The notes below the pieces were generated by a model. That model searched no databases. It was not told the origin of the DNA and worked only from the letters and a program-made list of their open reading frames with translations. From contig OZ024743.1 in NCBI GenBank assembly GCA_964016885.1, forward strand, positions 72,540,001 to 72,604,000: a DNA stretch of 64,000 bases. Reading direction: 5' to 3'. Below are positions 12,511 through 27,019 of this stretch, piece by piece. How positions within the stretch are numbered: position 1 is the first letter of the stretch; every line of letters begins with the position of its first letter. The translations under genes and the position numbers were made by a program. Source of the DNA: Eledone cirrhosa (taxonomy: Eukaryota).

Positions 12511-15500
12511 TGGCGGATAAGGATAAAACGCAACAAAATAAAGTAAATGTCTAATGATAAAATCTCATACCGGATCGGCCGTCACCCGGGTAAAAAAGGG
12601 CCGCGTCCCTCAGAGAGGAACCAGACTGGGGTCGAAAAATCAGCTAATGGTTCAAACCTTCCCAACACTTCGGAGCTGGAGACCTCCCATAACCGGAATA
12701 CTCCTACTGTTGGCCCTCCATGCTCACCACCAAGAAATCCAAAGAAAAAGAGAGAAAAATGGTCAAGGGAAGATAATAAAGAAGTCCTTGAGGCTTTCTA
12801 CACTGCCATGTACTACCCATCAAATACATCGAATACAGAACAAACATATATCAACTGAAAAAAGAAACATCCCGAAAACAGGCTATATTGACAGTAACAA
12901 ACTAGCCAATATACGAAGAAATATTGTAAGAAAAAAGTTACGAACTGATATAGAAATTGATCAGATCAAGCTAGTAGCACAAAGTCAGCGAAGGGAAAAT
13001 GAAGCATGTGTCAGTGAAAACGAGGTAAACTGTAACACTTCGAATCCCAGGGTTGGGGCGGAATCACTGGCAACAGAACAAATTAAAGAGAGGAGCGAAA
13101 AAGTGGAGGGAGTGCATGCTCAGGATGAAACTCCAAATGAAAATAATGAGATCGTAAATGATAAAGAAATGAATGAGAATGAACTTGACAACTTGAAGGA
13201 TGAAATTATGATCGAATGGATGAAAATGAAAGAATCTGACATGGGGCAACGAGACACCCTCCCTAAGATCCAGAACTCCAAACAGAACCAAAAGATAATA
13301 CACAAGACTAACATAATTCTCAAAAACATTATCATCACAAACAAACTAAACATTACTGATTTAAATCATCTCTGTTATGCATCGGCTAAAGTCACCACTC
13401 ACTTATGTGGAGTGAAGATGAAAAAACAAAGGAATTCCCACAAGAAATCTACTTGGCAAGAGAACATCAATCGCCAAATAAACCTTCTCCGATCTGACAT
13501 AGAAATTTTAACAAACTATAAAGTAGGTGAACATGTAAAACAAACTAAACTTAGAAAATTGAAAAAAGAGTACAGTATAAGATCAACATGTGACATAGAC
13601 ATGCTGATAGAAACAATCAAGCAAAAAGTGTCGGCCAAAGCTGCTCGTATAAGGCGCTTTGAAAAACGATCTAGATTCTATAAGGACAATAATATGTTCA
13701 AAAACAACCAAAGAAACTTCTACAGAAAAATTGGTAAGTCAACAATAACTGCTAAATCAATACCACCCAAGGAGGAAGTGCAAGAATTCTGGGAAAAGAT
13801 CTGGGCCGAAGAAAAAGTTCATAACATACATGCCCCATGGATAGACAGACAAATGAAAGAAACAGCTCACCTTGAAGAACAAACATGGGAAAATATAACA
13901 GTTGAAGAGCTGCGCTTGGCTCTAAGAAAAACCAGCAAATGGAAATCCCCAGGAAAAGACAAAATACAAAACTTTTGGATAAATGCCTTCACAGAGTCTC
14001 ATGAGCTGTTAGCCCAACTTTACAATGAAATAGTTAAGGAGCCAGAAAAGATACCATCATGGCTAGTTAACGGCATTACATTCCTGCTACCGAAGAATGA
14101 TGAGACAAACAATCCCAAAAATTACAGACCGATAACCTGCTTGACCACAATGTATAAAATTTTAATATCAGTCCTAACTGAATACACATATGACCACCTG
14201 ATAACAAATGACCTATTTCCCATTGAGCAGAAAGGGTGTAAACGAGGCTCATATGGCTGTAAGGATCAGCTTCTGGTTAACAAAATGATACTGGAAGATT
14301 GTCATAATAGACACAAAAATCTATCGATTGCTTGGATAGATTATAAAAAAGCATTCGATAGTTTGCCACACAGTTGGATTGAAAATTGTTTAGAGATTTT
14401 CAAAATATCCCCCGTTGTCAGGAGGTTTTTGTCATTCAGTATGAGGACATGGAGAACGACACTCCTTTTGAATAGTGAAACAAAATCACTGGAAGCTGGA
14501 GAAGTTAACATTAATTGTTGAATTTTTCAGGGTGACTCTTTATCACCGCTTTTATTCTGCATCGCACTTATACTATTAAGTAAAATGCTCAATGAAACAA
14601 AACATGGATATAGTGTCTATGACAAAACCATTAATCACCTGTTCTACATGGATGACCTGAAACTATTTGCAAAAAATGATGAACAATTGCAAGGGCTATT
14701 ATCCACTGTGAAGCAGTTCAGTGATGACATTAAAATGGAGTTTGGACTGGATAAATGCGCCAAAGCAACGTTCACCAGAGGAAAGCTGCTGCAGAGTTCA
14801 GACATTAATCTTGATCGGGGGAACGTGATAAGAGAGCTTGATCAAGAAAAAACTTACAAATATCTAGGTGTTTGTGAAGGAGACGGAATCAAGCACTCGA
14901 CAATGAGGGAAAGGATAAGGAAGGAATGTTACCGCAGTGTCAGAGCAATCTTAAGAACGAAATTGAATGCAAGGAATAGGATCGATGCCATAAACACGCT
15001 TGCCATACCAGTAGTAACCTACAGTTACAATGTCATCAACTGGTCAAGCACAGAGATCCGTAGGCTCGATAAACAAATCCGAAAATTCTTAACCATGCAC
15101 AGAATGCATCACCCTAAGGCAGACATAGATACAATATATCTCCCTAGGAAAGAAGGAGGACGTGGGTTAATCCAGTTAGACATTGCTTTGAAAACTGCAA
15201 CAATTGGATTATCCACATATCTAAGGGAATCACATGATTGGATGATCAAACTCGTTTTGAAACACGAAAGTACCAAAAGATCATATTCCATTACAAAAGA
15301 TGCACAAAGATACAGTAATGGACTACAAATTTCAGAAGTCCCATTTACTGCTGAAATGGAAAACACAGAAAAAGCAAAGCAGGTAAAAGTAACTGCAAAG
15401 AAAGAACTGCTACAGAAACTGGCTAAGAAATGGCAAGAAAAGCCTCTGTATGGAAAATACCCAGAGCGAGCTAACAATTCTGATGTTGACAAAACTTTAA

Positions 15501-16335
15501 CCCATCAGTGGTTGGCATCCTCTGGACTGAAATCGGAGACTGAAAGACTGATTATATCGGCACAAGATCAGTGTCTGCCAACAAAAAATTACCAAGCCAA
15601 CATAATAAAAAATGGGTGCATTCCATTATGCCGTGTATGCAAAAAACAACCAGAGACCATTGACCATATAATTTCAATGTGCAGTCCTATAGCTCCAACC
15701 GAATACCTAAACAGGCATGACAGAGCTGCACAATACATACATTGGATAATGTGTAAGCATTTTGACCTGCCCCATCAAAAGAATTGGTGGGAGCATCAAC
15801 CACCTCCCATACTTGAAAAAGATCACATCTCAATCTTGTGGAACTTTAGCATCCAAACAGACCGAAAAATAGATGCAAATAGACCTGATATAATATTGAA
15901 GGACTTTCAAAGGAGGGTATGCCTGCTAATTGATATGTCTGTTCCAATAGACAAGAATGTATCTATAAAAACATTTGAAAAATTGAGCAAGTATAAGGAC
16001 CTGGAGATAGAAATTGGAAAAATGTGGAAATTGAGAACTAAAACAATACCAGTGGTTGTAGGCGCTCTGGGAATGATACCTAAGGGGTCTAACGACTACT
16101 TATCGCAAATCCCAGGAAACCCGCGTATAGGAGAAATACAAAAGATAGTACTAATGGGAACTGCCCATATACTAAGGAAGATCCTGTCAATATAAGTACA
16201 TCACAAGTCTAAACACTAAGGATGCATGTGTGAATATGTATGCTCTTTCTTGAACATGGCGGACCTTGTTGTCTCTTGAGGTCACTGGTTGTGACTTGGT
16301 GATAACTCGTATGAACATAAAGCAAGATAAATGCA
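12393..16335 (+). mobile_element. R4/Dong-clade family B, full length; ORF 12547-16195 with one frameshift (~12855) and one nonsense codon (14519-14521)
   Basis: KREKWSREDNKEV, KWKSPGKD, YRPITCL, EQKGC, WIDYKKAFDS, *IFQGDSLSP, FYMDDLK, CCHC knuckle, RHD, RPDII..D, EKLSKY; (TAA)n tail 16336-16358. Confidence 0.95.
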
Positions 16336-16663
16336 AATAATAATAATAATAATAATATTCGAATGCCAACAAAAGAACAAGAATGAGGGACTCATTCTTG
16401 TGGTTTTAAAAATGAGGCTTATTTGCATAATTGCAAACGAATCAATATTATTATTAATATTCGAAAAACTCAGATTACATTTACATATATTTATATTCTT
16501 CTGGTATTGAAATACAAATTTTACATAATAACCTTATTAACTACGAGACTGTCTAATGGGGTCATGTTGGAGGTTCGATTGCTTAATCATGAACACCAGC
16601 CATCACTGTGTTGCGACAGATTCTGAATAAAATGAAATATGAATTGGCCTTCGCTATTATCAT

Positions 16664-16729
<66 letters not shown>

Positions 16730-16731
<2 letters not shown>

Positions 16732-18710
16732 TAATAAAAACAATGAATAAAAACAAAGAACAAGTTCCTTATATTAAAAAAAGTCATCATGTTACGATCG
16801 TTTCTAGGATATATATGTGTGTTGGTATGTATATCATATAGATCTATGTATAAATATTACAAACTACATATATATGATGTCTTAAGAAATAATGACATTT
16901 GTTTATTGAAAAAAAACAACAAAGATGTATAATAAGTCTGTTTGCGACAGGTTTTGAATTGACCAATAGAAAAGTAGTAAGAGGTCAAGTTGATAGAATA
17001 GTAATAGTAGAAATTTAATTTAGGGGTAGAGGAATGCAGACTTATGTTTTGAATGGAAAGAATACTTTGAATGAGAAGAATACTTTGGGGAAAAGAGGTC
17101 AAGCCGGAGAAGGGTACACGAAAATGTGTTGTTATTAAAGAATAATGTTAAAAACGAAGAAGAGCAAAATTTTAGTTTAAAGGTATTAGTGAGAAATACC
17201 AATCTTATTTAAAACACAAGGGATTTAGATCTATAACAAGAAATTAAATTAATTGATAGGTATACTTATAGGGATAAATTTATATTACATATGTATGTGA
17301 TAAATAAGAATTAGATGTTATTAAAGAATGTTGTTAAAAACGAAGGAAAATAAAATTTTGGGATAAGTGTAGTAGTGAAAAATACAATCTTATACTGACT
17401 ACAAGGAATCTAGATTCATAACAGGAAATTAAATTAATTTATATGTTTACTTTTAGGTATTAATTTTAGGAAAAGAGAGCTGTAAGAAGGAAATAAAATT
17501 ATGAAGTTCTCTGCAGTAAAGTACTAATTATAGGTTAACTGAATTTAAAAAAACTAATTGTAATAATATGTAAAATATAAGTGTCAGGTGTATATTAATT
17601 AGGTTTATAATATTTGAAAGTTCTTCTAATTCTATGATTGCAAGATATAATTAATTCTTGTCGCTTATTTAATAGGATATCCTTAGATTTCATTATTTCA
17701 AAACTTCCTGGGAGCATAATCTACACTCATATCTGTTATTTTGATAAGGGGTGGCCCTTTTGAGCACACTTCAAGTCAGGTTGTAATAGATTTTTTTAAA
17801 AATAATTATTAATTGTTTCAGCCAAGGATGTTGTATTAGCTAATGCCGCATTTTTAAAACTATGTTTGTGGGTATTAAATCTTACTTTAAATTGGTTATA
17901 CGTAGCTCCTATATATGAATAAGTTGAGTCCTTAGTGCTAATTTTACATTAATATACTATGTTATTAATAAGACAATTTCCCTTTAATGGGCAATTTCTT
18001 TTGTTTCTACAGTTACAACCATTCGTGAATATTATATCAGGGGAGTTAGTCAAATTTGTTGTGGAATTTACTCGACTTGTTATATGTGGAGGAGATGGTT
18101 GTTTGTTGCGGTTTATTTTAGTATTATGGTTGGTTTGATGCGTAGGTGGTATATTCGTGTTTTTTTTTACATTTATATGCGTTGTACGCAATTATATTTT
18201 GTTGTATATTTTTGGTAGTGCAGTAGGAAACTTTGACAGTTGATCTATTTAAAATTTGATGGTATTTATGGTTTGGCGGGAAGTTTTTCTCTAGGATAGT
18301 AAAAAATGTTTTAGGGATATTATCTTTAATTTGTAGATTAAATGGAGCATTATACCATTAAATCTTTGTTGGCTTTTTTCAATAAACCAATTTTATTATT
18401 TCTGAAGACAGAATATATATGTGAAGGTATGTATATTTCCTCTGATAGTTTGAAATATTTTTACATAGATCTATATGATATACATACCAACACACATATA
18501 TATCCTAGAAACGATCGTAAAATGATGAATTTTTTAATATAAGGAACTTGTTCTTTGTTTTTATTCATTGTTTTTATTAATTTATCTTGACTCTGTTTTC
18601 CTGTGATTTTCATCGGAGATTTTTGAATGCATCTTCTCTTTTCAGGATATTTGGATTACGTTGAGTTCTTCATGCGGATTGGACACTACCGTATATTTTG
18701 GTAGATTTAT

Positions 18711-18714
<4 letters not shown>
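16730..18714 (-). mobile_element. Penelope-like element fragment (family F1) with inverted arms 16730-16858/18454-18581 and tail 18582-18714
   Basis: WYNAPF..FPPNHKYHQILNR, CNCRNKRNCPLKGNC, VY..YIG GIY-YIG on the minus strand; both ends in (TA)n. Confidence 0.85.
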
Positions 18715-18775
<61 letters not shown>

Positions 18776-19764
18776 TTAAAACATTGATAAAGAAATTCAA
18801 GTCATTAGAAACATACTTCTCTGCTTTACGATCGTTTCTAGGTGATAATAATACACCGTACGCATATTTCGTTATTGATCTATGCTGGGTTAGTCAGAAA
18901 ATATCAAATAAGGAATATATTTACCTACATGTATATCATCAGCCGTTGTCAAAAACAATGAAAATGTTATTCAAAATCAATAGTAAATTGAGTTCTATGA
19001 CCTTATTTGGAGGTAGCTGAAGAACAAACCAATTAAATGGTTTTTTGCCATATGATGGTAAGATGAAATATAACACACTTTAGTTGAGGTCATGACCCTT
19101 TGAAAGGAATGGGTGAATTGTTGTTAGAAATATAATTACTATAAAGAACCTATGAATAAAAGGGATTAGTTATATTGATAGTGGAATGTTGATGGTGGAG
19201 TGAAGGTTAAAAAGGAATGTAAAAAATTAAATGTTGAGTTGTGTTGTATGTAATCTTTAGGTGAATGTAAATAAGTAAATATAAAATATACAGAAATAAC
19301 TAGGATAAATATAGATAGGTATAGTAATGGTCATAACTAGGAAGGATAGTATATTAAAAGATGAAAATTATAATAAGATGACAAAATATAATAATGTAAT
19401 ATTATAATATATAATATAATATAATATAATATAATATAATATAATATAATATAGTACAGTATGGTACATTGTATATAGTATAAAGTAAAAAGTATAATAT
19501 AGCGTATGATGCATCATAAAATATAAAATAGTAAATATTTCCAAGTGGGTCTATGTATAAGTAATCAAACTCAGATAAATGCATGTTGACATATAGTCAA
19601 AACGCATAATTTTCTTAGATCACAAAAGTACATATATTCACATATATAAATAGAGCTAATATTACATTGGGACTCCATTAAAAACGTACATACGCATACA
19701 TAGATATAAATATATACATATACATACATACACGCGCACAAACATATGTATATATATACACAGT

Positions 19765-20510
19765 TCAAGAGTAACCAATCTTAAAGAGAGAGATGGAGAT
19801 AGGAGAGGAGATATGAGAGGAGAGATTGGTGAATTAGTTAGAACCCAAAGCGTAAAGGCATGTGCTCAATGTGCAATATGCAGTAGAAAGCAGCTAGGTG
19901 GCTGGATTCATGCAGAAGTTAGGTTTGCAGAGCTGGAAATATTCATTATTTAAGCAAAACAAGACCACAAATGTCACAAGGAAGACATTATTAAAAGATT
20001 GTCAACATATTTTAGTTTGATGTAAGGAATGTAGAGAATAATAATAATAATATTAATAATAATATTAATCATAATAATGTCCGTTTACAATTGTTTCGCT
20101 AGTCCATATAATATTTCTGGATCAGATGACTATATATCATAATTGATCTGTTTAGTTGAAAATAATTAACATATTTAAAAGACAGAGCGGCTCATCGGAA
20201 CTTCAAAGGAATATAAATTAAAATAATGAGAGAATGTTACATAATCTAATGTTCCATATATTGGTTTTTCACTATGGTGTCTTGGTTGCATCAGTTGTCA
20301 GCCATAATCAAGCAGTATTCATCTGTCGCGGCTGCATTGTGTGAGATCTGCCTATGGGTAACAAGATTATTATTACGGACATTATTATTATTAATATTAT
20401 TATTATTATTATTATTCTCTACATTCCTTACATCAAGCTAAAATATGCTGACAATATTTTAATAATGTCTTCCTTGTGAAATTTGTGGTCTTGTTTTGCT
20501 TAACTAATGA

Positions 20511-20512
<2 letters not shown>
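19765..20512. mobile_element. Nested fold-back insertion (arms ~19940-20085/20375-20512) within the left arm of F2
   Basis: Absent from the right arm of F2; own inverted repeat with degenerate YTGACAA...GAAA..GTC motif; sits in a TA/CA tract. Confidence 0.6.
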
Positions 20513-20542
<30 letters not shown>

Positions 20543-20634
20543 GTGTATATATATATATATACACACTTATACATACACATATACATGTACACACACATAC
20601 ATGTACATACACATATACACACACATACACATAT

Positions 20635-20697
<63 letters not shown>

Positions 20698-22815
20698 CAT
20701 AGATACATGTATATCCATGCAATCACAGGTGGTTATGCACCTTGATGCCCTTAGTCAGTAACGCATAAATCTATGGAAACTAAAAAAATAAAAGGTTAAA
20801 AAATAAAATAAATAAATAGGAAGGCGTATAATTAGGGGAAGGGGATACTAACAAAAGGTACGTCACATAGAACTATAGTGAGCTGCTATTTAGAATGTTT
20901 AATTAGATTTATAGTACTTAAATGTGTTTCGTATACGGTGATTACAAGCTATAATCAGTTCCTGTCTTTTATTCATTAAATCTTCTTTATTTCCAAGATC
21001 TGCATTCATATTCTGCATTCACATAATCTGCATTCTCTCCTGTTCCCAAGATATGGAGTTATTTGCAGAATGGTATCCTACGATAGCTTGAAATCTATTT
21101 TTTTCTTTTTACAGTTATTCACTGCTTACGCTAAATATGTGGTATTAGCTAGTTTAGCATTGTTAAAGCTACTGGTGTTGTATTGTGATTTTGTGTTATG
21201 TTGCTTTTGTGTTGGTAATTTGGGTGGTTTTGTTTTCCAGGTTGAAGGATTGTATTATTTGTTCTTTTAAAAGGTGAAGTCTTATTTACTTTCTGTTGTG
21301 GTGATGTGGTCATATTTTTAAATTTATAAATGTTGTAGTTGCATATTTTTTTCTGGAGATTGTTTGATGTAGAGTATGAGAATTTAATAGTATACCTATT
21401 AAATATTTGGTGGTATCTATGGTTTGGTGGAACATATTTGTGTAGAATTTCGAAGAATTTTGGGGGGATGTGTCCAATAGTTTGAGGTTGAAGGGTGCGT
21501 TGTACCATGTTGCGGTTTTTAGTTAAGTTCTTATTTTCACTTATATTAATGTGCTGTGTTCTAGAAGAGTTCTTATGGTTAGTATTTGTATTTGTGGAAT
21601 TTGGTAAATTGCATTGGTTGTATTTGGTGTTATTATTAGGTAGATTATGAGAGGTTGAATGATTGGTAGTCATATGTGAGTTGTTAACATTGATGATAGA
21701 TCGTGTAGTAATAGTTGTTGTGGATTTTCGGTTGTTTGGTATGATAGCAATGACCCTATTAGACATTTGTTTCGATGGTATTTTTTGATGTTTGTAATTT
21801 TTGCTAGGTTTTGTAGAATGGTCTATAGTAGAGTTGGGGATATATGACATTTTTTTCTTTATATCCACTTCTAGTTGGGGCCTCGTTGTTGAAGGGTGCA
21901 TTTTTATAAAATATATCCTCACTGGAAGATAATTTAGAAGGTCTAAGAGATATGTTATATACTAAGTTTTTTAGTATAGAGCCAGGGTGGTTAGAGCGAG
22001 AATGTATATAGTGTAGATTCTGGTTGGGTTTGTGGTAAGGTTGATAAATATTCGTAAAGAGATCTAAGGTAAAGTCAAGGAAGTTAGCTACTTTTGAGGT
22101 GTTTTCAAAGGGATGTTAAGGATGTAATAGTCCTTGATGAATTTTCTAATTTGTTTTTTTGTTTTTCTCTATATTAGAATTGCTAAGATTGTTAGATATC
22201 AATAGACAATCATCCCGATAAGGACCACCTTTGAGTTGGGGAAAAGAGCAATGAATATTATAGAGGAGAAATAGTCTAACGAGGTCTGTAACATGAGCAG
22301 AGACAATGGATCCCATCGTTATATCGAATACGTTGTTATATGTGTTTCTTGTTCCCCAGAGAGAGAATGCAGATTATGTTCACGGGAGATCTTGGAAATT
22401 ACTAAATCTAGGGACGATTTATTGAAAAAATGACAGGAACTGGTTATAGCTTGTAATCACCGTATACGAAAAATATTTAAGTACTATAAACCTAATTAAA
22501 CATTCTAAATAGCAACTCACTATAGTTCTATGTGACGTACCTTTTGTTAGTATACCCTTCTCCTAATTATACGCCTTCCTGTTTATTTTTTAATATTTTA
22601 ATTTTTGTAATTTTTTAGATTCCATTGATTAATGCGTTATTGACTAAGGGCATCAATGTACATAACCACTGTAACTGCATGGCTTTGTATGATAAGAGAA
22701 TATTTATGTATGTATGTATGATAATAGAATATATATATATATGTATATATATATATGTGTGTATATGTGTATGTACATGTATGTGTGTATACATGTATAT
22801 ATGTATGTATAAGTG

Positions 22816-22850
<35 letters not shown>

Positions 22851-23144
22851 TTGTGTGCTTGTATGTATGTATATGTATATATTTATATCTATGTATGCGT
22901 ATCTATGTTTTTAATGGAGTATCAAAGTAATTATACCCCTATCTATATATGTGAATATATGTACTTTTGAGATCTAACAAAATTATGCGTTTTGACTATA
23001 TGTCAACATGCATTTATCTGAGTTTGATTACTTATACATAGACCCATTTGAAAATATTTACTATTTTATGTTACTTGATAGGCTATATTATACTTTTTAC
23101 TTTATACTATATACAATGTACCTTACTATACTATATTATATTAC

Positions 23145-23335
23145 GGGCGGTGGATTGGCAGTATCGGTAGAGGGTCGGACGCCATGCTTTCCAGCATAGT
23201 TACGTCCCTTTACGATCTGAGTTCAAATCCCGCCGAGATTGACTTTGCCTTTCATCCTTACGGGGTCGATAAAATAAAGTACCAGTAATGTACTGGATAA
23301 TTGCTGGCCTTGTGCCTAAAGTAGAAACAATTATA
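23145..23335 (+). mobile_element. SINE S1, full length, inserted in the right arm of F2
   Basis: A box, B box, central domain and tail; absent at the mirror position (~19430) of the left arm. Confidence 0.9.
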
Positions 23336-24106
23336 GTACATTATATTATATTATTATATTTATTATCTTATTATACTATTCATCTTTTAATATACTATCC
23401 TGCCTAGTTATGACCATTACTATACCTGTCTATATTTATCGTAGTTATTTCTGTATATTTTATATTTACTTATTTATATTCACCTAAACATTCCATACAA
23501 CACAACTCAACATTTAATTTTTACATTCCTTTTTAAACTTCACTCCACCATCTACATTCCACTATCAATATAACAATCCCTTTTCTTCGTAGGTTCTTTA
23601 AAGTAATTCTATTTTTAATACCATTCAACCATTCCTTTCAATGGGTCATGACCTCAACTAAAGTGAGTTGTATTTCATCTTAACATCATACGGCAAAAAA
23701 ACATTTGATTGGTTTGTTCTTCAGCTACCTCCAAATAAGGTCTTAGAACTCAATTTACTATTGATGTTGAATAACATTTTCATTGCTTTTGACAACGGCT
23801 GGTGATATACATGTAGGTAAATATATTCCTTATTTGATATTTTCTAACTAACCCTACATAGATCGATAACGAAATATTCGTATGATGAATTGTTATCACC
23901 TAGAAACGATCGTAACGCAGTGAAGTATATTTCTAATGACTTGAATTTTTATTTCATTGATTTAACTTATATCATGACTCTGTTTTCCTTTTGATGTTTT
24001 ATTGTTTTCCGTGATTTATTTTAACCTACAACATTTTCAACAAATGGATTATATTGAGTTCTTCATGCAGACTAGACCCCACAACTAACCTGTGGATATT
24101 TCTGTG

Positions 24107-24179
<73 letters not shown>

Positions 24180-24193
24180 ATATATATATATTC

Positions 24194-24262
<69 letters not shown>

Positions 24263-24267
<5 letters not shown>

Positions 24268-24409
24268 TAAAATAACAGATTAAATTTTAAGCAAAGAATC
24301 GCTGCATTCACCCTGAACTGGATCTTCTGAAACTATATATTTATATTTATATGTATTTATCCTTATCGAGCCCTCTTTGGATTTTAGTCTTCAAATTTAT
24401 TATTATTAC

Positions 24410-24412
<3 letters not shown>
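24263..24412. mobile_element. Minimal F8 insertion: tail-less end inverted against tail
   Basis: ttattaaaataacag...gatcttctgaaac (as 38350) joined to ccttatcgagccctc...ttattattattactat (as 41660-41713), in (TA)n. Confidence 0.75.
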
Positions 24413-24464
<52 letters not shown>

Positions 24465-25921
24465 AAATAAAGCAAGGACGAGTAGTTACACCTTCAATAC
24501 ATTTATTGGTTTGTGACGTGCGTTTCGTCACTGATTAGATCAAGGTATGATCTGTATCGACCTAGTAACTCCACGTTACACTCCCTGGAAATATATATAT
24601 ATATATATTAACAGAAATAACATATCCAACGACAAACGTCTATAATGAAACATATTAGTTTAGTTGAACGCTTGACATAATAGGAAAAGTGAAATCCTTC
24701 ATCAGAAGATAGGATGAAAAATAAACAAGAATAAGAAGTGGTTTGCAGCCATTAAACGTTACAAAACCGTCTCTGCTAATCACATTTATCATAGAAATCA
24801 ATTCGGATGTTCAACGTTGTATCGCCAACGATCATAATATCGATGAAAATAGCCAATATGTGTAAAGGAATTATTAATCTACATGAAAGGAGTACGAAAA
24901 CCAGGTACAGAACTGTTCATGGCAATTCATTCTTAAAACATATTTTGTGCGTATTTCATGACAGATTAAGTAGCAACATACGTCTCTTTCTCTGTATGAA
25001 TGACAACAGGAATAAAATTTGACATTATGTTGCAAACTGAAAACTTTGATGGTTGTGACCTCAATGTGGTGTCTGAAAATTATGTCAGTCGAAGACAGTT
25101 TTATCAAGTTAGTAACATTGGTAAGGAAATCAATGATGGAAGAAAATATGAATTATCTCTTCACACAATCTAGAGTTAAATCAAATGCGTGTCTCAAGAT
25201 CACAACACTCAATCCAACCCGTTACCACTAAGCCACGGGCCTGCACTGTTATGAGGTGAATAATACAGTTAAGAGGTGAACATAAATTTATATAGAAGAT
25301 TTCAAGGTTTAAGTTAGTGCTTCTCTATAACATAATCAACATTATGGTCATACGGAAAATGTTTTCTCTTATTTTTCTCTTGTCCGACTATTGTTTATCA
25401 TCTCTAATGTTATTTGATACAGCAATTACATAAAATCGCTCAATATGCAAATTAAGCTAATCAGCTGTATATTTATAGAATACTATATATTCTCAAGAGT
25501 TCTAGTGCGTGACAGGGAAAAAATATACACAAAACAGAAACAATATTATTGTTGATACTTCCTCTCTCTCACCGCTAGAACAAAATGATGGTGATCATCT
25601 AAACACAACATTGCGTAATGAAGTTGTTTGTTTGAAAACGAAGCGAATATTATTTTTATTCGATATAAATCTCACGAATGCAATTAAATAAAGAAGTGTA
25701 TAAATATACATAAAGGTAAAAGAAGGGGGAATCACCTTTTTGAGTAAAAGGGTCTTAAATAAGATATTCAAACAAACATACGATGGTAGCCATAAAAAGC
25801 ATCGAGCTACGTTAGAGTTAAGACTTTAAGGTAATGAAGTGGCGAAAGATTTTATAATAAAAAGAGGAAAAGTATTAAATATTGTTAACATTAGAATACG
25901 TAAAACGAAATGCACAGTATT

Positions 25922-25975
<54 letters not shown>

Positions 25976-26521
25976 AGTGTGTGTGGAGGTAAATGTATAT
26001 GTATATGTAGAAGAAAAAGGTAATATGTAACTTGTAACGTTCTCATGAATATCTGCAGCTGTATTCTACACATCCAATAAAAGTAATATAAAAAAGTAAT
26101 ATAAAAATTCCATTACAAGCAATTGCAAAATATAGGGAAATGGATATGTAATAAAGAAATATACATATGTACCAGAAATAGACACTCTATCTACATATGA
26201 TTCGAAACCACAGATACATATCAGTAGAGAAACATACAAACCAGAAAGGTAAGGTTTATAAATAAACGTTAAAATATGAAAGGAATAATGTAAACTCAAA
26301 ATAATCCATAACAATGAACGCATTCATTTTAAGTAAAAGCCTTTTCAGTAAGCTTCTACAAAACCCACTGGGAAATATGTAAGGAATTGAGGAAATTCTC
26401 TACCAAATAAATGTAATATGCTTTATTGTAGATCAGATTCTGGATAAGAAAATGTGTCTGATTCTCTACTGCATACAAAGATGTACATATTATTGGCATA
26501 ACATAAATCGACTCAGAGATC

Positions 26522-26700
26522 ATTAGTGTCGGTAGAGGGTCGGACGCCATGCTTTGACGCATAGAGTTACGGCCCTTGCCATTCTGAGTTCAAATCCCGC
26601 CGAGGTTAACTTTGCCTTTCATCCTTACGGGGTCGATAAAATAAAGTACCAGTAATGTACTGGGTTATTGCTGGCCTTGTGCCAAAGGTAGAAACAATTA
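26522..26700 (+). mobile_element. SINE S1
   Basis: B box, central domain, tail. Confidence 0.88.
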
Positions 26701-26819
26701 TGAAAGGCGAGCCATTCACTTTATGTTTAGTAAAATTGTTTTTTTCATTATTCGCATTTCAGTCAAATATGTTACAACCCTGCTAATATAAGCATGTGGA
26801 ATATAACGTATCTAATAAA

Positions 26820-27012
26820 TGGAATGGATACTGTTGGTGTCCTTGGCTCTAGGACCACCTCCCTACTCACCACAATCGGCATGGAGTTGACTACACGCAG
26901 GTGTGAACCTCGCGAGCTGGAATGGTTCTTCCAACCCGTCCTCCATGCCATTCCCCGCGCAAACGCCTTCTCTGTTCTGTCCGCCCATGGCCGACAGCGT
27001 ATGGGCCCTATT
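26820..27012 (+). mobile_element. C-terminal fragment of a CRE-clade (RLE) non-LTR retrotransposon
   Basis: DTVGVLGSRTTSLLTTIG..EPRELEWFFQPVLHAIPRANAFSVL resembles the ETLG.WG...FQRLS.A.QRGNA..V C-terminus of CRE elements. Confidence 0.6.
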
Positions 27013-27019
27013 TGCACAT

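Larger units (their letters stand above)
18771..24100 (-). mobile_element. Penelope-like element (family F2), large fold-back: arms ~18771-21040 and ~22360-23970, tail to ~24100
   Basis: Spacer encodes YRDDCLL, FLDFTLD, YHKPNQNLHYIHSRSNHP, VPPNHRYHQIFNR; arms are reverse complements; flanked by (TA)n. Confidence 0.85.

Noticed and set aside
14519-14521. TGA as programmed read-through in R4 family B
   Set aside because: It replaces the Gly of GIFQGD (GGA>TGA); simple point mutation
23145-23235. tRNA genes at A/B-box motifs
   Set aside because: No cloverleaf or acceptor stem; they continue into SINE body and tail and are multi-copy
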